DNA of 63,775 nucleotides, the filler included. It is 3 parts of 3 records of this genome, joined end to end, with 100 filler letters (N's around TTAATTAATTAA, not from the genome) between each part and the next. Parts side by side here need not be neighbours in the genome. Positions count along the whole stretch, not along the records: positions 1 to 29,332 come from SRR20825006_2371; 2 more parts are not named here. One strand, written 5' to 3'. A program made the position numbers and the translations under genes. This document shows, one piece after another, positions 17,901 to 27,294 of this stretch; position 1 is the first letter of the stretch; every line of letters starts with the position of its first letter. Under the pieces are notes generated by a model. That model ran no database searches. It was given only the letters and a program-made list of their open reading frames with translations, and had not been told where the DNA came from.

Positions 17901-18956
17901 TCAGGGCGCTTGGACGTAGCGCCGCAACGGGATGCTGTACTGCGTGTTGGTGTTATCGTCGTTAAAGAGCGCGTAGAGCGTGAGCTGACCATCGAGCATG
18001 GTGATCTCGCCAGCCAGTGATGGCCCCATCGTCTGCCCACCATCCGGGATCATGTACCAGAACGAGGTCCCATCCAGGAAATCCGCGGTGCTCGCGGGCT
18101 TGAGGATAAAGCCCTGATAGTTATCAGCGGCGTCGAGGATGCCGTATTCGATCTGCGTGTTATCGATGCGAAGCGCGAGGTAGACATCTTGCTGGTTTTG
18201 AATCGGCAGCGGATCGATCGATCGCCAGGTGCCCGCGAACTGCGAGAGCGTGTATTGCCTGGCGCTTCGCAGCGTGACTTGCTCGAAGACAATCGTCGAG
18301 GCGGGACCGGCGATGATATCGAGGCCGACGAGATCGCCTTGTCTGCTTCGAATCGGGATAAGAACAAGCTCGCTCGGGTCAGACGGAGATGGCTGGTCCA
18401 AATCATACACCCGCACCCGCTCGCCGATCCCGGGCAAGACCTCCCACTTCCCATTTCGCGCACCGTTTGCATCGAGCACCGCGGTGCCATCGGCGTTAAA
18501 CGTCAGCTCGGCCATAAAGCCGACCTTGCCAGCGTTGGCCATCATCCCCACAGGAATCACCGCATGCCAGGGGGCTGTCTGGAGCTCATCCTCGAGAGCC
18601 AGTGGTGGTCCCATATCAGGCACGGGAGGCATATCCTCGATCGTCTCCATATCCGGGCGCGGGGGCGGCATATCGATGTCTGGCGGACGCATATCCGGCT
18701 CGTCGGGAGGCCCCATATCGAGCACAGGCGGGCCAGGCATGTCAGGCTCGGGCGGCCTCATATCGAGTATGTCGGGAGGTGTGTCGACCTCGGGCGACAT
18801 ATCAGCGCCATCGGTCATATCACCCGAGGTGTTGTTGGCGCCGACTTGCCATGGGTCGGTGTCCCCATCGGCGGGGTCATCGCCCGCGGAGCAGGCGCCC
18901 AGCGTCACGAGCAACAAGAGCGCGAAGAGGATCGACAGGACAGGATATCTTTTCAT
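17901..18956 (-). CDS. Lipoprotein with Pro/Asp-Met repeat linker and beta-rich C-terminal domains
   Basis: GGAG RBS; lipobox LGAC; repeated PDM/DMxP units. Confidence 0.8.
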   Translation of the reverse strand: MKRYPVLSILFALLLLVTLGACSAGDDPADGDTDPWQVGANNTSGDMTDGADMSPEVDTPPDILDMRPPEPDMPGPPVLDMGPPDEPDMRPPDIDMPPPRPDMETIEDMPPVPDMGPPLALEDELQTAPWHAVIPVGMMANAGKVGFMAELTFNADGTAVLDANGARNGKWEVLPGIGERVRVYDLDQPSPSDPSELVLIPIRSRQGDLVGLDIIAGPASTIVFEQVTLRSARQYTLSQFAGTWRSIDPLPIQNQQDVYLALRIDNTQIEYGILDAADNYQGFILKPASTADFLDGTSFWYMIPDGGQTMGPSLAGEITMLDGQLTLYALFNDDNTNTQYSIPLRRYVQAP

Positions 18957-19431
18957 TCTGGGAGCTCCACCAACTTCAGGTTTTCCAGACACTTTCCCCC
19001 TCGGCAAGCGACCGCTTACTCGGTGACGTGACGGGTTGCTTCATAGGACGGAACCACGTCGTATTTCGCACACCGAAGTTCGAGAGAGAGTCGCTCGGTA
19101 CAGCTTAGCGAGAAGCGACGAGGTGATCCAGTGAGCAGCGCGCGTCGATTTAGTGTTTTGATCGTATGAGCATGAACGTGTGTGCTTGTAGGAGTCCGGT
19201 TCCGATGCTAGGTTCTTGCTCGCTCGCATAATCCAGAAAGCTACGAGGAATCACTGTTTCGAGTGATTTCCCGAAACGAAAAAGAGACAACGTCGATTCA
19301 GTCGAATCGTCCAGATGTATGCCAAGGGTTTATGCGAGGAAAGACGTCAAAAACGACGCGATAGCATCAGAGTTTTCCAGGTGTTCGACCTGGGCCCACG
19401 ATTCCCCCGAAGCGATGAGAGAGAAAAAGGA

Positions 19432-20547
19432 ATGGCTGAGAAGAAGCAAGTTAAAGTCGAGGAGCTCCAGCGCCCGTCGGTGGAGATGCTCTACTCTGAC
19501 GAGATCGCGCGCCTGAAAGAACACGATAAGGACAAGCCCAAACCTCTGGGTTGGGCGATGACGCCTGACTCGGTGGTCAAGTTCGTGTTGGGGGACAAGA
19601 AGCTCGATATCGTGCACAAGTTCGTGGGAACGCGCCGCTTCATCGAGCGCTGCGTGGTCGCTCTGGCGACCAACCGCGGGTTGATGCTCATCGGCGAGCC
19701 CGGTACGGCGAAGAGTTACCTGAGCGAGATTTTGTCGGCGGCGATTTCGGGCGATTCGACGCTCATCGTCCAGGGTAGCGCGGGCACGACCGAGGACGAC
19801 ATCAAGTACTCGTGGAACTACGCCCTGCTGCTTAGCGAGGGCGCGACGCCATCGGCCATGGTCGAGGCGCCGCTCTACCGCGGCATGGACGAGGGCAAGC
19901 TCGTGCGCTTCGAGGAGATCACGCGTTGTCCTCTCGAGATCCAGGATACGCTCCTGTCGATCCTGTCTGACCGCGTCATGAAGATCCCTGAATTCGACGG
20001 CCCCGACGGGACGTTGTATGCGCGCTCGGGCTTTAACGTGATCGCGACGGCGAACACGCGCGACCGCGGCGTCAACGAGATGAGCGCCGCGCTCAAGCGT
20101 CGCTTCAACTTCGAGACGGTCCACCCCATCCAGAACCTCAAGCAAGAGCGCGAGCTGGTGCAGACGCAGATGGAGCGTCGCCTCGAGCGCGCGGGTATCC
20201 CCGTGCGTTTCTCCGAGGACGCCACCGAGCTGCTCGTGACCACGTTCCACGAGCTTCGCTCGGGAAAGACCTTGGGCGGGCAGGCGATTGAAACGCTGAC
20301 GACAGTGATGAGCACGGCCGAGGCTGTCGAAGTCGGATACGCGTCGAGCCTGCACGCCTACTACTTCGGGAAGTCCTCGGTCCAACCAGATCACATCGTC
20401 GACAACATCGTCGGCGCGGCGCTCAAAGAGAACGCCGAGGATCTGAAGAAACTGCGCCTCTACTTCAACCAGGTGGTCAAGGGCCGCAAAGGGAAGCACT
20501 GGCAAAGTTACTACGACGCGAGCCGCAAGGTGCTCAACCAATCCTGA
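19432..20547 (+). CDS. MoxR-family AAA+ ATPase (YehL type)
   Basis: AAGGA RBS; Walker A GEPGTAKS, YSWNYALLL, Walker B RFEEITRC, ATANTRDRGVNEMSAALKRRFNFE. Confidence 0.92.
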   Translation: MAEKKQVKVEELQRPSVEMLYSDEIARLKEHDKDKPKPLGWAMTPDSVVKFVLGDKKLDIVHKFVGTRRFIERCVVALATNRGLMLIGEPGTAKSYLSEILSAAISGDSTLIVQGSAGTTEDDIKYSWNYALLLSEGATPSAMVEAPLYRGMDEGKLVRFEEITRCPLEIQDTLLSILSDRVMKIPEFDGPDGTLYARSGFNVIATANTRDRGVNEMSAALKRRFNFETVHPIQNLKQERELVQTQMERRLERAGIPVRFSEDATELLVTTFHELRSGKTLGGQAIETLTTVMSTAEAVEVGYASSLHAYYFGKSSVQPDHIVDNIVGAALKENAEDLKKLRLYFNQVVKGRKGKHWQSYYDASRKVLNQS

Positions 20548-20586
20548 GCCGATTGCCGGTGACAAGTCTCGAGCGTCCATAGAGCG

Positions 20587-20628
20587 ACCTCGTCATCAGC
20601 GCGCCGCGCGGCGCGTTGATGACGAGGT
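20587..20628 (+). other. Intra-operon 20-bp stem-loop without U-tract
   Basis: ACCTCGTCATCAGCGCGCCG pairs with CGGCGCGTTGATGACGAGGT (one G-U on the + strand). Confidence 0.7.
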
Positions 20629-20736
20629 GGTTCGACCGTACCCGAGAGTGAGATCTCCCCACGCCAGGACCCAGGCCGTTCACGAACGCGTTGACGGCCG
20701 GTCAACCGAGAGCCCAAGCAAAGGATCAAAAAAGCG

Positions 20737-23700
20737 ATGGAACCGATCCTCGACACACTCCTGAACAGGGATGATTCGCTTCGAGTGCGCTTCTTCCCGG
20801 TGCGTCACTACAGCCCGACGAGCGCGCGAATGCTGCGTCAGGTCGCGATGGACTTGAAGCCAGCCGCGATCCTGATCGAAGGGCCGCACGACTATAACGA
20901 ACGCATCGAAGAGCTCTACCTGGAGCACGAGCTCCCCGTGGCCCTCTTCTCCTACGTGCGCTACTCGGACAACACGCGCGCCTCGGCGTTCTACCCCTTC
21001 TGCGAGTTCTCGCCGGAGTGGCAAGCAATCCAGACGGCCAAGGAACTTGGCATCCCGGTGCGCTTTATCGACAAGCCCTGGTACACGATCGCGCACGACT
21101 CCGAGCGCCGACACCGCTACGCCGACCGCAAGTACGTGGGGAATGACTACATCTCCACGTTGTGCGAGCGCCTCGAGGTCCAGGACTTCGACGAGGTGTG
21201 GGACGTGCTCTTCGAGCTCGACCGCGAGATGACGCCCGAGCGCTACCTCGACCGCGCCTACCACTTCGTCTATCAGCTGCGCTACATGGGCGGCGAGGCG
21301 ACCTACGAGGATCAGCAGCGCGAGGAGTTCATGGCCGAGCGCATCCAGGAAGCGCTCGACGAATTCCCAGACCAGATGGTCATGGTCGTCACGGGTGGTT
21401 TCCACACGCCAGCGCTCAATGCACGCCTGCGTGGATTCTCACTCGAGGACCTCTACCTCCCCTACCCCGAAGACGATATCGAAGACGCCGTCATCGAGGG
21501 TGAAGAGGGTGAGGACGCCGAAGGTGAAGAGGCGCCACAGATCGATCCTGCGATGCTCGCCGCCATGGCGCAGCAGGAAGAGCGCGTGGTCACCGACCAC
21601 GGCATCACGATGACGCCGTTTACCTACGAGCGCATCGACAAGATGAGCGGCTATCAGTCCGGCGTCCACGGCCCGGCCTTCTACCGCTACGTGTGGGAAG
21701 CGCGCCAACGCGGCGAGCTGCTCGATGGGCGCGATTTGCTCTACCAGATCGTCTTGAAGCTTCGTGACAAGGGTCAGATCCTCTCGACCTCGGACGCGAT
21801 CGCTGTGGAAACCACAGCCTGGGCGCTCGCCAACATGCGCGGTCGCCAGGAGCTTTGGCGCTATGACCTGCTCGACGCATTGAGCGCGGCGGTCATCAAG
21901 GAGGAGCAGGCAGGTGAATACAATCACCCCGTGCTCGATATGGCGCGTCAGGTCTTCTGCGGCGATCGTCGAGGATTGCTCGGCGATGGCACTGATTTGC
22001 CGCCGCTGGTCAAGAACACGCGTCGCGATCTGCACCGCGCCAAGCTCACGCCCGACCACAAGAAACAAACAACCAAGCTCGAGCTGCTCAAGGACGAGGA
22101 TCGCGAGAAGAGCGTCCTCCTCCACCGCTGTCGCGGGCTAGGTCTGGCGGGCTTCAAGCTCACCGATCACACCGATCTCGTGTCGCGTGATGACCTCTCG
22201 AACCCCACGGAGACGTGGGAGATCATCTGGTCGCCAGAGTATGAAGCGTCGCTGATCGAGAACGCGATCTACGGCGCTGATTTGCCTGAAGCGGCGACAG
22301 CGAAGTTGTTGGAGCAAGCGCGCGAGATCGATCGCGACGCCGAGCGCGCCTCGATGATCGTGCTCGAAGCGACCCTGATGGGGCTCGACGAGTCGACCGA
22401 GGAGCTCTACGAGCGGCTCTTCGAGATCGTGCGCGAGGATGGCGACTTCTTCCACCTCACCAAGGCGCTCGATCACCTGATCTACCTCTACGCCTTCGAC
22501 GAGGTCTTTGGCGGCAAGGACACCAAGTCCGTGCAATCGATCCTCGCCGAGAGCTACAAACGCTCGCTCTGGCTGTTCGAGATCCTTGGCACCGTGCCAG
22601 ATCGCGACAAGGAGCTGATCGACGCCATCGGGACGCTCTTCTACACGTTCCAGCGTTGCGCCAACGAGGAGTTCACCGACCGCGACGACTTCGTCTCGCT
22701 CTTCTCTCGCATTGGCGGGGACGAGGAGCAGATGCCGCTCGTACGTGGCGCGACGCTCGGCGCCCTGTTCACGCTGTCCGAAGCGGACATGGACCAGGTC
22801 CTCGACACGATCAACTACTTCACCGATCCGATGGATCTGGGTGACTTCCTTATCGGCTTCTTCTCGCTCGCCCGCGAAGCGGCACAGCGCGACTCGCGCC
22901 TGCTCGACCGCCTCAACGAGTTGGTGATGGACTTGAACGAGGAGCAGTTCTGGGAGGTTCTCCCCGGCTTGCGCCTGGCGTTCACGTTCTTCACCCCGCG
23001 AGAGAAGCACAACCTGATCGACATGCTCTTCCCGCAAGCTGGCGGCGAAGAAGGCGATGACGCGCTCGCGGGCTTCCCGCCCGTGGATCTGATGACCTTC
23101 GAGCACGCGCAGATCCTCGCGCAACGCGTCCTCGAGACCATCGACCGCTTCGGCCTGAGGCATCCTCGTCAGGAGCCCCAGATCGACTCGCAAGCTGCCG
23201 ATGACTTCGCGCAACCTCAACAACCGCCTACAGGTCAACCTCAGGGTTCTCCAGACCAACAAGGCGGTCAAGATGGCGAGCCGGGCGAAGGTGGCGATCA
23301 ACAAGGCGATGGCCAGCAAGGTCAATCGCAGTCACAGGGTCAACAGCAAGGCCAAGGCGGAGAAGGGAGCGGCAGCGGCGCGAGCCAGGACGCTTCTGGA
23401 AACTTCGATCCTTCGGGCCATGGCGATCCCTCACTCGATGCCGCGCCAAACCAGGCAGGTCGCACCTCGCAAGGTGTCACCGCCGGTCCAGGCGCTCAAA
23501 GCGGCCAATCACAGGCTGGCGCTGGACAGCAAGCAGGTGGCGGTCAGCAACAGGCTGGCGGCGCAGGCTCGCTCGACGGTGACGGCGGCCAAGGTGGCTC
23601 CATGCAGGCTGGCGCCGGTGGCGCTGGCGGCGCAGGAGCAGGCGTGAACACGCCCTCTGCGAGCGGCTCAGGTGGTGTCAGCGGTCGCGGAGAGGCTGCA

Positions 23701-24993
23701 GGAGAGGACTTCGAAGCCGCTCCTACGGACGCTCCCGGCGGCCAAGGTCAGCAAGGCGCCGGTGGGTCACAACCGGGCGCCGGTGGCGCAGGTGGTCAAG
23801 GCCAACAAGGCGCTGGCGCGATGCCTGGCTTCTCGCCAGAAGATCGCATGCGTCGTTGGAAGATGGTGCTCGGTGTCGGCGGCGAGGATCTTCCCGTCGA
23901 CATGCCCGAGAGCTGGCAGCAGCGTGAGCAACTGGTGAGCTTCCTCTACGACCGCGAGTATGGCCATGGCCGTAACATCCGCGGCGCAGGCGGCGGACAA
24001 TCAGGCCGGTCTGGCAACTCCAGCGGCGACCGCTCCGGCGGAAGCGGCGAGAGCGCGCTCAACGTGCCTGACTGGATCAACGGCATCCACCAGCTGTTCC
24101 CACAGCGTGTCATCGAGCGCCTGGAGAAGGACGCCCTCGATCGTTACAACATCGAGGAGCTCGTCACGCGCCCCGAGATGCTCGAGAAGGCCGAGCCAAA
24201 CATCACCCTGATGAAGGCGGTGCTTCGCACCAAGCACCTGATGGATGAGGATGTCTTGAAGCTCGCGCGCAACCTCGTCAAGAAGGTCGTCGCGGAGCTC
24301 ATCGAGAAGCTCGCCAGAGAGGTCCGCACGCCGTTCACGGGTTCGCTCGACAGGCGCCGCAGGTCCTTCCTCAAGGTCGCCAAGAACTTCTCCCCCGAGG
24401 AGACGATCAGGCGCAACCTCAAGCACTACGATCCTGATCACAAGAAGATCATCATTCAGGACCCGTACTTCTTCTCGCGGATCAAACGACAGGTCGATCG
24501 CTGGCAACTCATCATCGTGGTCGACCAGTCGGGCTCGATGCTCGACAGCGTCATCCACTCGGCGGTGACCGCTTCGATCTTCTGGGGCATCCGCGCGATC
24601 AAGACGCACCTCGTGGTCTTCGACACCGAGATCGTCGACCTCACGGCCGACTGCCAGGACCCGGTGGATACGCTGATGAAGGTCCAACTCGGCGGCGGCA
24701 CAGACATCGGCAAGGCGCTGCGCTACGCCGAGAGCCTCATCGAGAACCCCAGGCGTACCATCGTCCTGTTGATCACGGACTTCTACGAGGGCGGGCCGAT
24801 CAACGAGCTCTTCGCGGTCACGCGACACATCTGCGAAGCGGGCACCAAGCTGCTCGGGCTCGCAGCGCTCGATGGTACGGCCAACCCCTGCTACGACCAG
24901 AACACGGCTCAGAAGATGGTCAACCTCGGCGCCGAGGTCGGCGCCATGACCCCCGGAGAGCTCGCGGCCTGGGTCGCAGAGAAGGTCAGATAA
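20737..24993 (+). CDS. DUF5682 (YehM-like) domain fused via a long Gly/Gln linker to a VWA (YehP/CoxE-like) domain
   Basis: 1418-aa ORF; VRHYSP, IEGP, FSPEW, REEFMA, VTGGFH; then RRWKMVLG, MIDAS DQSGSM, QLGGGTDI, ITDFYEG. Confidence 0.88.
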   Translation: MEPILDTLLNRDDSLRVRFFPVRHYSPTSARMLRQVAMDLKPAAILIEGPHDYNERIEELYLEHELPVALFSYVRYSDNTRASAFYPFCEFSPEWQAIQTAKELGIPVRFIDKPWYTIAHDSERRHRYADRKYVGNDYISTLCERLEVQDFDEVWDVLFELDREMTPERYLDRAYHFVYQLRYMGGEATYEDQQREEFMAERIQEALDEFPDQMVMVVTGGFHTPALNARLRGFSLEDLYLPYPEDDIEDAVIEGEEGEDAEGEEAPQIDPAMLAAMAQQEERVVTDHGITMTPFTYERIDKMSGYQSGVHGPAFYRYVWEARQRGELLDGRDLLYQIVLKLRDKGQILSTSDAIAVETTAWALANMRGRQELWRYDLLDALSAAVIKEEQAGEYNHPVLDMARQVFCGDRRGLLGDGTDLPPLVKNTRRDLHRAKLTPDHKKQTTKLELLKDEDREKSVLLHRCRGLGLAGFKLTDHTDLVSRDDLSNPTETWEIIWSPEYEASLIENAIYGADLPEAATAKLLEQAREIDRDAERASMIVLEATLMGLDESTEELYERLFEIVREDGDFFHLTKALDHLIYLYAFDEVFGGKDTKSVQSILAESYKRSLWLFEILGTVPDRDKELIDAIGTLFYTFQRCANEEFTDRDDFVSLFSRIGGDEEQMPLVRGATLGALFTLSEADMDQVLDTINYFTDPMDLGDFLIGFFSLAREAAQRDSRLLDRLNELVMDLNEEQFWEVLPGLRLAFTFFTPREKHNLIDMLFPQAGGEEGDDALAGFPPVDLMTFEHAQILAQRVLETIDRFGLRHPRQEPQIDSQAADDFAQPQQPPTGQPQGSPDQQGGQDGEPGEGGDQQGDGQQGQSQSQGQQQGQGGEGSGSGASQDASGNFDPSGHGDPSLDAAPNQAGRTSQGVTAGPGAQSGQSQAGAGQQAGGGQQQAGGAGSLDGDGGQGGSMQAGAGGAGGAGAGVNTPSASGSGGVSGRGEAAGEDFEAAPTDAPGGQGQQGAGGSQPGAGGAGGQGQQGAGAMPGFSPEDRMRRWKMVLGVGGEDLPVDMPESWQQREQLVSFLYDREYGHGRNIRGAGGGQSGRSGNSSGDRSGGSGESALNVPDWINGIHQLFPQRVIERLEKDALDRYNIEELVTRPEMLEKAEPNITLMKAVLRTKHLMDEDVLKLARNLVKKVVAELIEKLAREVRTPFTGSLDRRRRSFLKVAKNFSPEETIRRNLKHYDPDHKKIIIQDPYFFSRIKRQVDRWQLIIVVDQSGSMLDSVIHSAVTASIFWGIRAIKTHLVVFDTEIVDLTADCQDPVDTLMKVQLGGGTDIGKALRYAESLIENPRRTIVLLITDFYEGGPINELFAVTRHICEAGTKLLGLAALDGTANPCYDQNTAQKMVNLGAEVGAMTPGELAAWVAEKVR

Positions 24994-25084
24994 GTAATGC
25001 TCCTGCCAGTGATAGCGCGTTGGTTTTTGACGAGCGCGCTGTCACTGGCTCGATAAGCCAGTGCGCGATAGAAGGACAACGATC

Positions 25085-27127
25085 ATGCGTCAGGATCTGC
25101 TCGTACTCACAGATGACGATCTGGCCACCATCTCCAACCGCGGCACCGTCAAGCGGGCCACCAAGGAGTTGGAGAAAGCCACGGTCACCGTCGAGATCGA
25201 AGAGCTCGACGATAAAGGCGGCCTCCAGTTTAGCTGGAGCGATGATGTCACCTGCACCTTTGCAGCAGATGTCGTCGTCAAGGACGCCGAATGCACCTGC
25301 CCTGCAACCGGCATCTGCCGTCACCTGATTCGCTCCGTGCTCGCCTACAAGGAGTGGGCAAAGGAGCACGTCACCGAGGAAGGCGGCGCTGATGGCGAGG
25401 CCGAGGAGCTCATCTCGGCCGATCAGCTCGAGCCATGGGATCCGGGCCAGTTCACCGACGATGACATCAAGGAGGTCTTCTCCGCCAAGCGCATGCGCAA
25501 GGCAAAGAAGGAGTTCGAAGATGGCCTCGTGCTCGAGCTGGTGCGAAGCACGAAACCACTGGTGCGCTTCCACAAGCTCGGTCACACGCTGCGCTTCCAG
25601 GTCCCCGGTGACCTGCGCTACACGCGCTGTGATTGCGCCGAGGATGCCCCCTGCGTGCACGTCCCGATGGCGATCTGGGGCTTCAGGAAGCTCGAAGAGG
25701 ATCAGCAATCAGGCTTTGTCTCGACGACCATCCACGAGGAACCTCGCGCCGACGAGCTGCTCGAGAAGGTCGAGGATAAGATCGTCGACCTGCTCCAGCA
25801 CGGATTCACCGGCACGCCAAAGGCGGCCATGGATCGCTTCCAACAGCTCGAGCACCAACTCAACGAGGCGGAGTTCATCTGGCCAGCGACGATCATCCAG
25901 GATCTTCGCCAGCAGTACGAACACTACGCCAACCACGACGCGCGCTTTAGCCCGACGTATGTGGCTGATCTCATCGGTGAGTTTTTGATCCGCTCGGACG
26001 CGCTCCGTCAGGAGGAGACCCCGATCCCGAGGTTGTTCATCCGCGGCAGCGTCGACGACACCAAGACCAAGCTCGGTCAGACGCGCCTTGTCGGGCTCGG
26101 TTGCACTGTGATCCACCGCAAGAAGTCGGTGATTATCCAGGCGATCATGCAAGACAGCGCCACGGGTATGGTCATGGCGCTCGGTCACGAGTTCCTCAAC
26201 CCCAGTGATGAAACCACGCTCCCCGAAGACTTCGCCGCGCTCGGCTCGAAGCTCATCATCAAGGGTCGTGATATCGCATCGCTCGGGCGCGGACAGCTCG
26301 TCCTCAAGAAGGCGGACCTGCACGCCGATCACCACATCGAGCTCGGGCGCTCCCCAGCATCCGCCTACCCTCAGAACTTCGACTGGAACACCTTGCCAGC
26401 GCCGGTTCACGTCGAGAACTTCGACGAGATCCGCGCTCGCCTCGGCGCCCTCCCCCCCGCCTCACTGCGACCACGTCGCATCGGCGAGGATTTCCACGTC
26501 GTGCCCGTCGCTCGCGTGGAAGAGGCGACCTTCTCGGTGCGCGATCAGGCCGTCACGGCGACCCTGGTGGATAGCCTTGGCCGCAGCGCCCTGCTCTTCC
26601 ACCCCTACACCAACCGCAACCGCGCTGGCACAGAGCGTCTGCTCGCCAGGTTGACCCGCGACCCCGAGCACATCGACTTCATCGCTGGCAACATGCACGT
26701 CGGCGCGCACGGGCTCATCATTCGCCCCACCGCGCTGGTGTTCAAGGAAGACGATGACTCGCGCTCGATGCTGCAACCCTGGGTCGACACGTTCGAGGAT
26801 CGCACCGCGAACGACACCCAACTCGGCAACGCGCGCCCACCACTCGATCCGATCGACCTGTTTCGCGCCAACCTCGCCAACGCGCTCGGTGAGCTCTACC
26901 TGCTCGGGTTGAGCCACGTCGACGCGGGCGTGCACAAGCAATGGAACAGGTTGTATCAATACGGCCTCAAGCTCGGGCTCCACGACATCCTGGCGCCAGT
27001 GGCAGATGTCGTCGGCCTGCTCGATGTCAACGCCAGCGTCCCCGAGGATATGCGCGAATTCACAGCACAGGCCGCTCCTGTGCTGGAGACCTCCGTCGTC
27101 AGCCGCCTGATTCAAGAGCTCGCATAA
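25085..27127 (+). CDS. SWIM zinc-finger protein (YehQ-like)
   Basis: AAGGA RBS; N-terminal LATISNRGTVKRA; two SWIM-like motifs CTCPATGICRH and CDCAEDAPCVH. Confidence 0.85.
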   Translation: MRQDLLVLTDDDLATISNRGTVKRATKELEKATVTVEIEELDDKGGLQFSWSDDVTCTFAADVVVKDAECTCPATGICRHLIRSVLAYKEWAKEHVTEEGGADGEAEELISADQLEPWDPGQFTDDDIKEVFSAKRMRKAKKEFEDGLVLELVRSTKPLVRFHKLGHTLRFQVPGDLRYTRCDCAEDAPCVHVPMAIWGFRKLEEDQQSGFVSTTIHEEPRADELLEKVEDKIVDLLQHGFTGTPKAAMDRFQQLEHQLNEAEFIWPATIIQDLRQQYEHYANHDARFSPTYVADLIGEFLIRSDALRQEETPIPRLFIRGSVDDTKTKLGQTRLVGLGCTVIHRKKSVIIQAIMQDSATGMVMALGHEFLNPSDETTLPEDFAALGSKLIIKGRDIASLGRGQLVLKKADLHADHHIELGRSPASAYPQNFDWNTLPAPVHVENFDEIRARLGALPPASLRPRRIGEDFHVVPVARVEEATFSVRDQAVTATLVDSLGRSALLFHPYTNRNRAGTERLLARLTRDPEHIDFIAGNMHVGAHGLIIRPTALVFKEDDDSRSMLQPWVDTFEDRTANDTQLGNARPPLDPIDLFRANLANALGELYLLGLSHVDAGVHKQWNRLYQYGLKLGLHDILAPVADVVGLLDVNASVPEDMREFTAQAAPVLETSVVSRLIQELA

Positions 27128-27153
27128 GTCCTGACGACAGGTCTCGAGAACCT

Positions 27154-27204
27154 TGAAAAGCCGCGTGGTGTTTTGCACAAAACACCACGCGGCTTTTCAT
27201 TTTT
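27154..27204 (+). terminator. Intrinsic terminator closing the MoxR/VWA/SWIM operon
   Basis: Perfect 22-bp inverted repeat TGAAAAGCCGCGTGGTGTTTTG / CAAAACACCACGCGGCTTTTCA followed by a T-run. Confidence 0.85.
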
Positions 27205-27294
27205 AGCCTTACCCACAGTGACCCCTCGAGCGCCTGTGAGAGGTCACGCTCGATATGTTACCTTTGGCGAACAAGACCACTTCATGGAGGTCGC

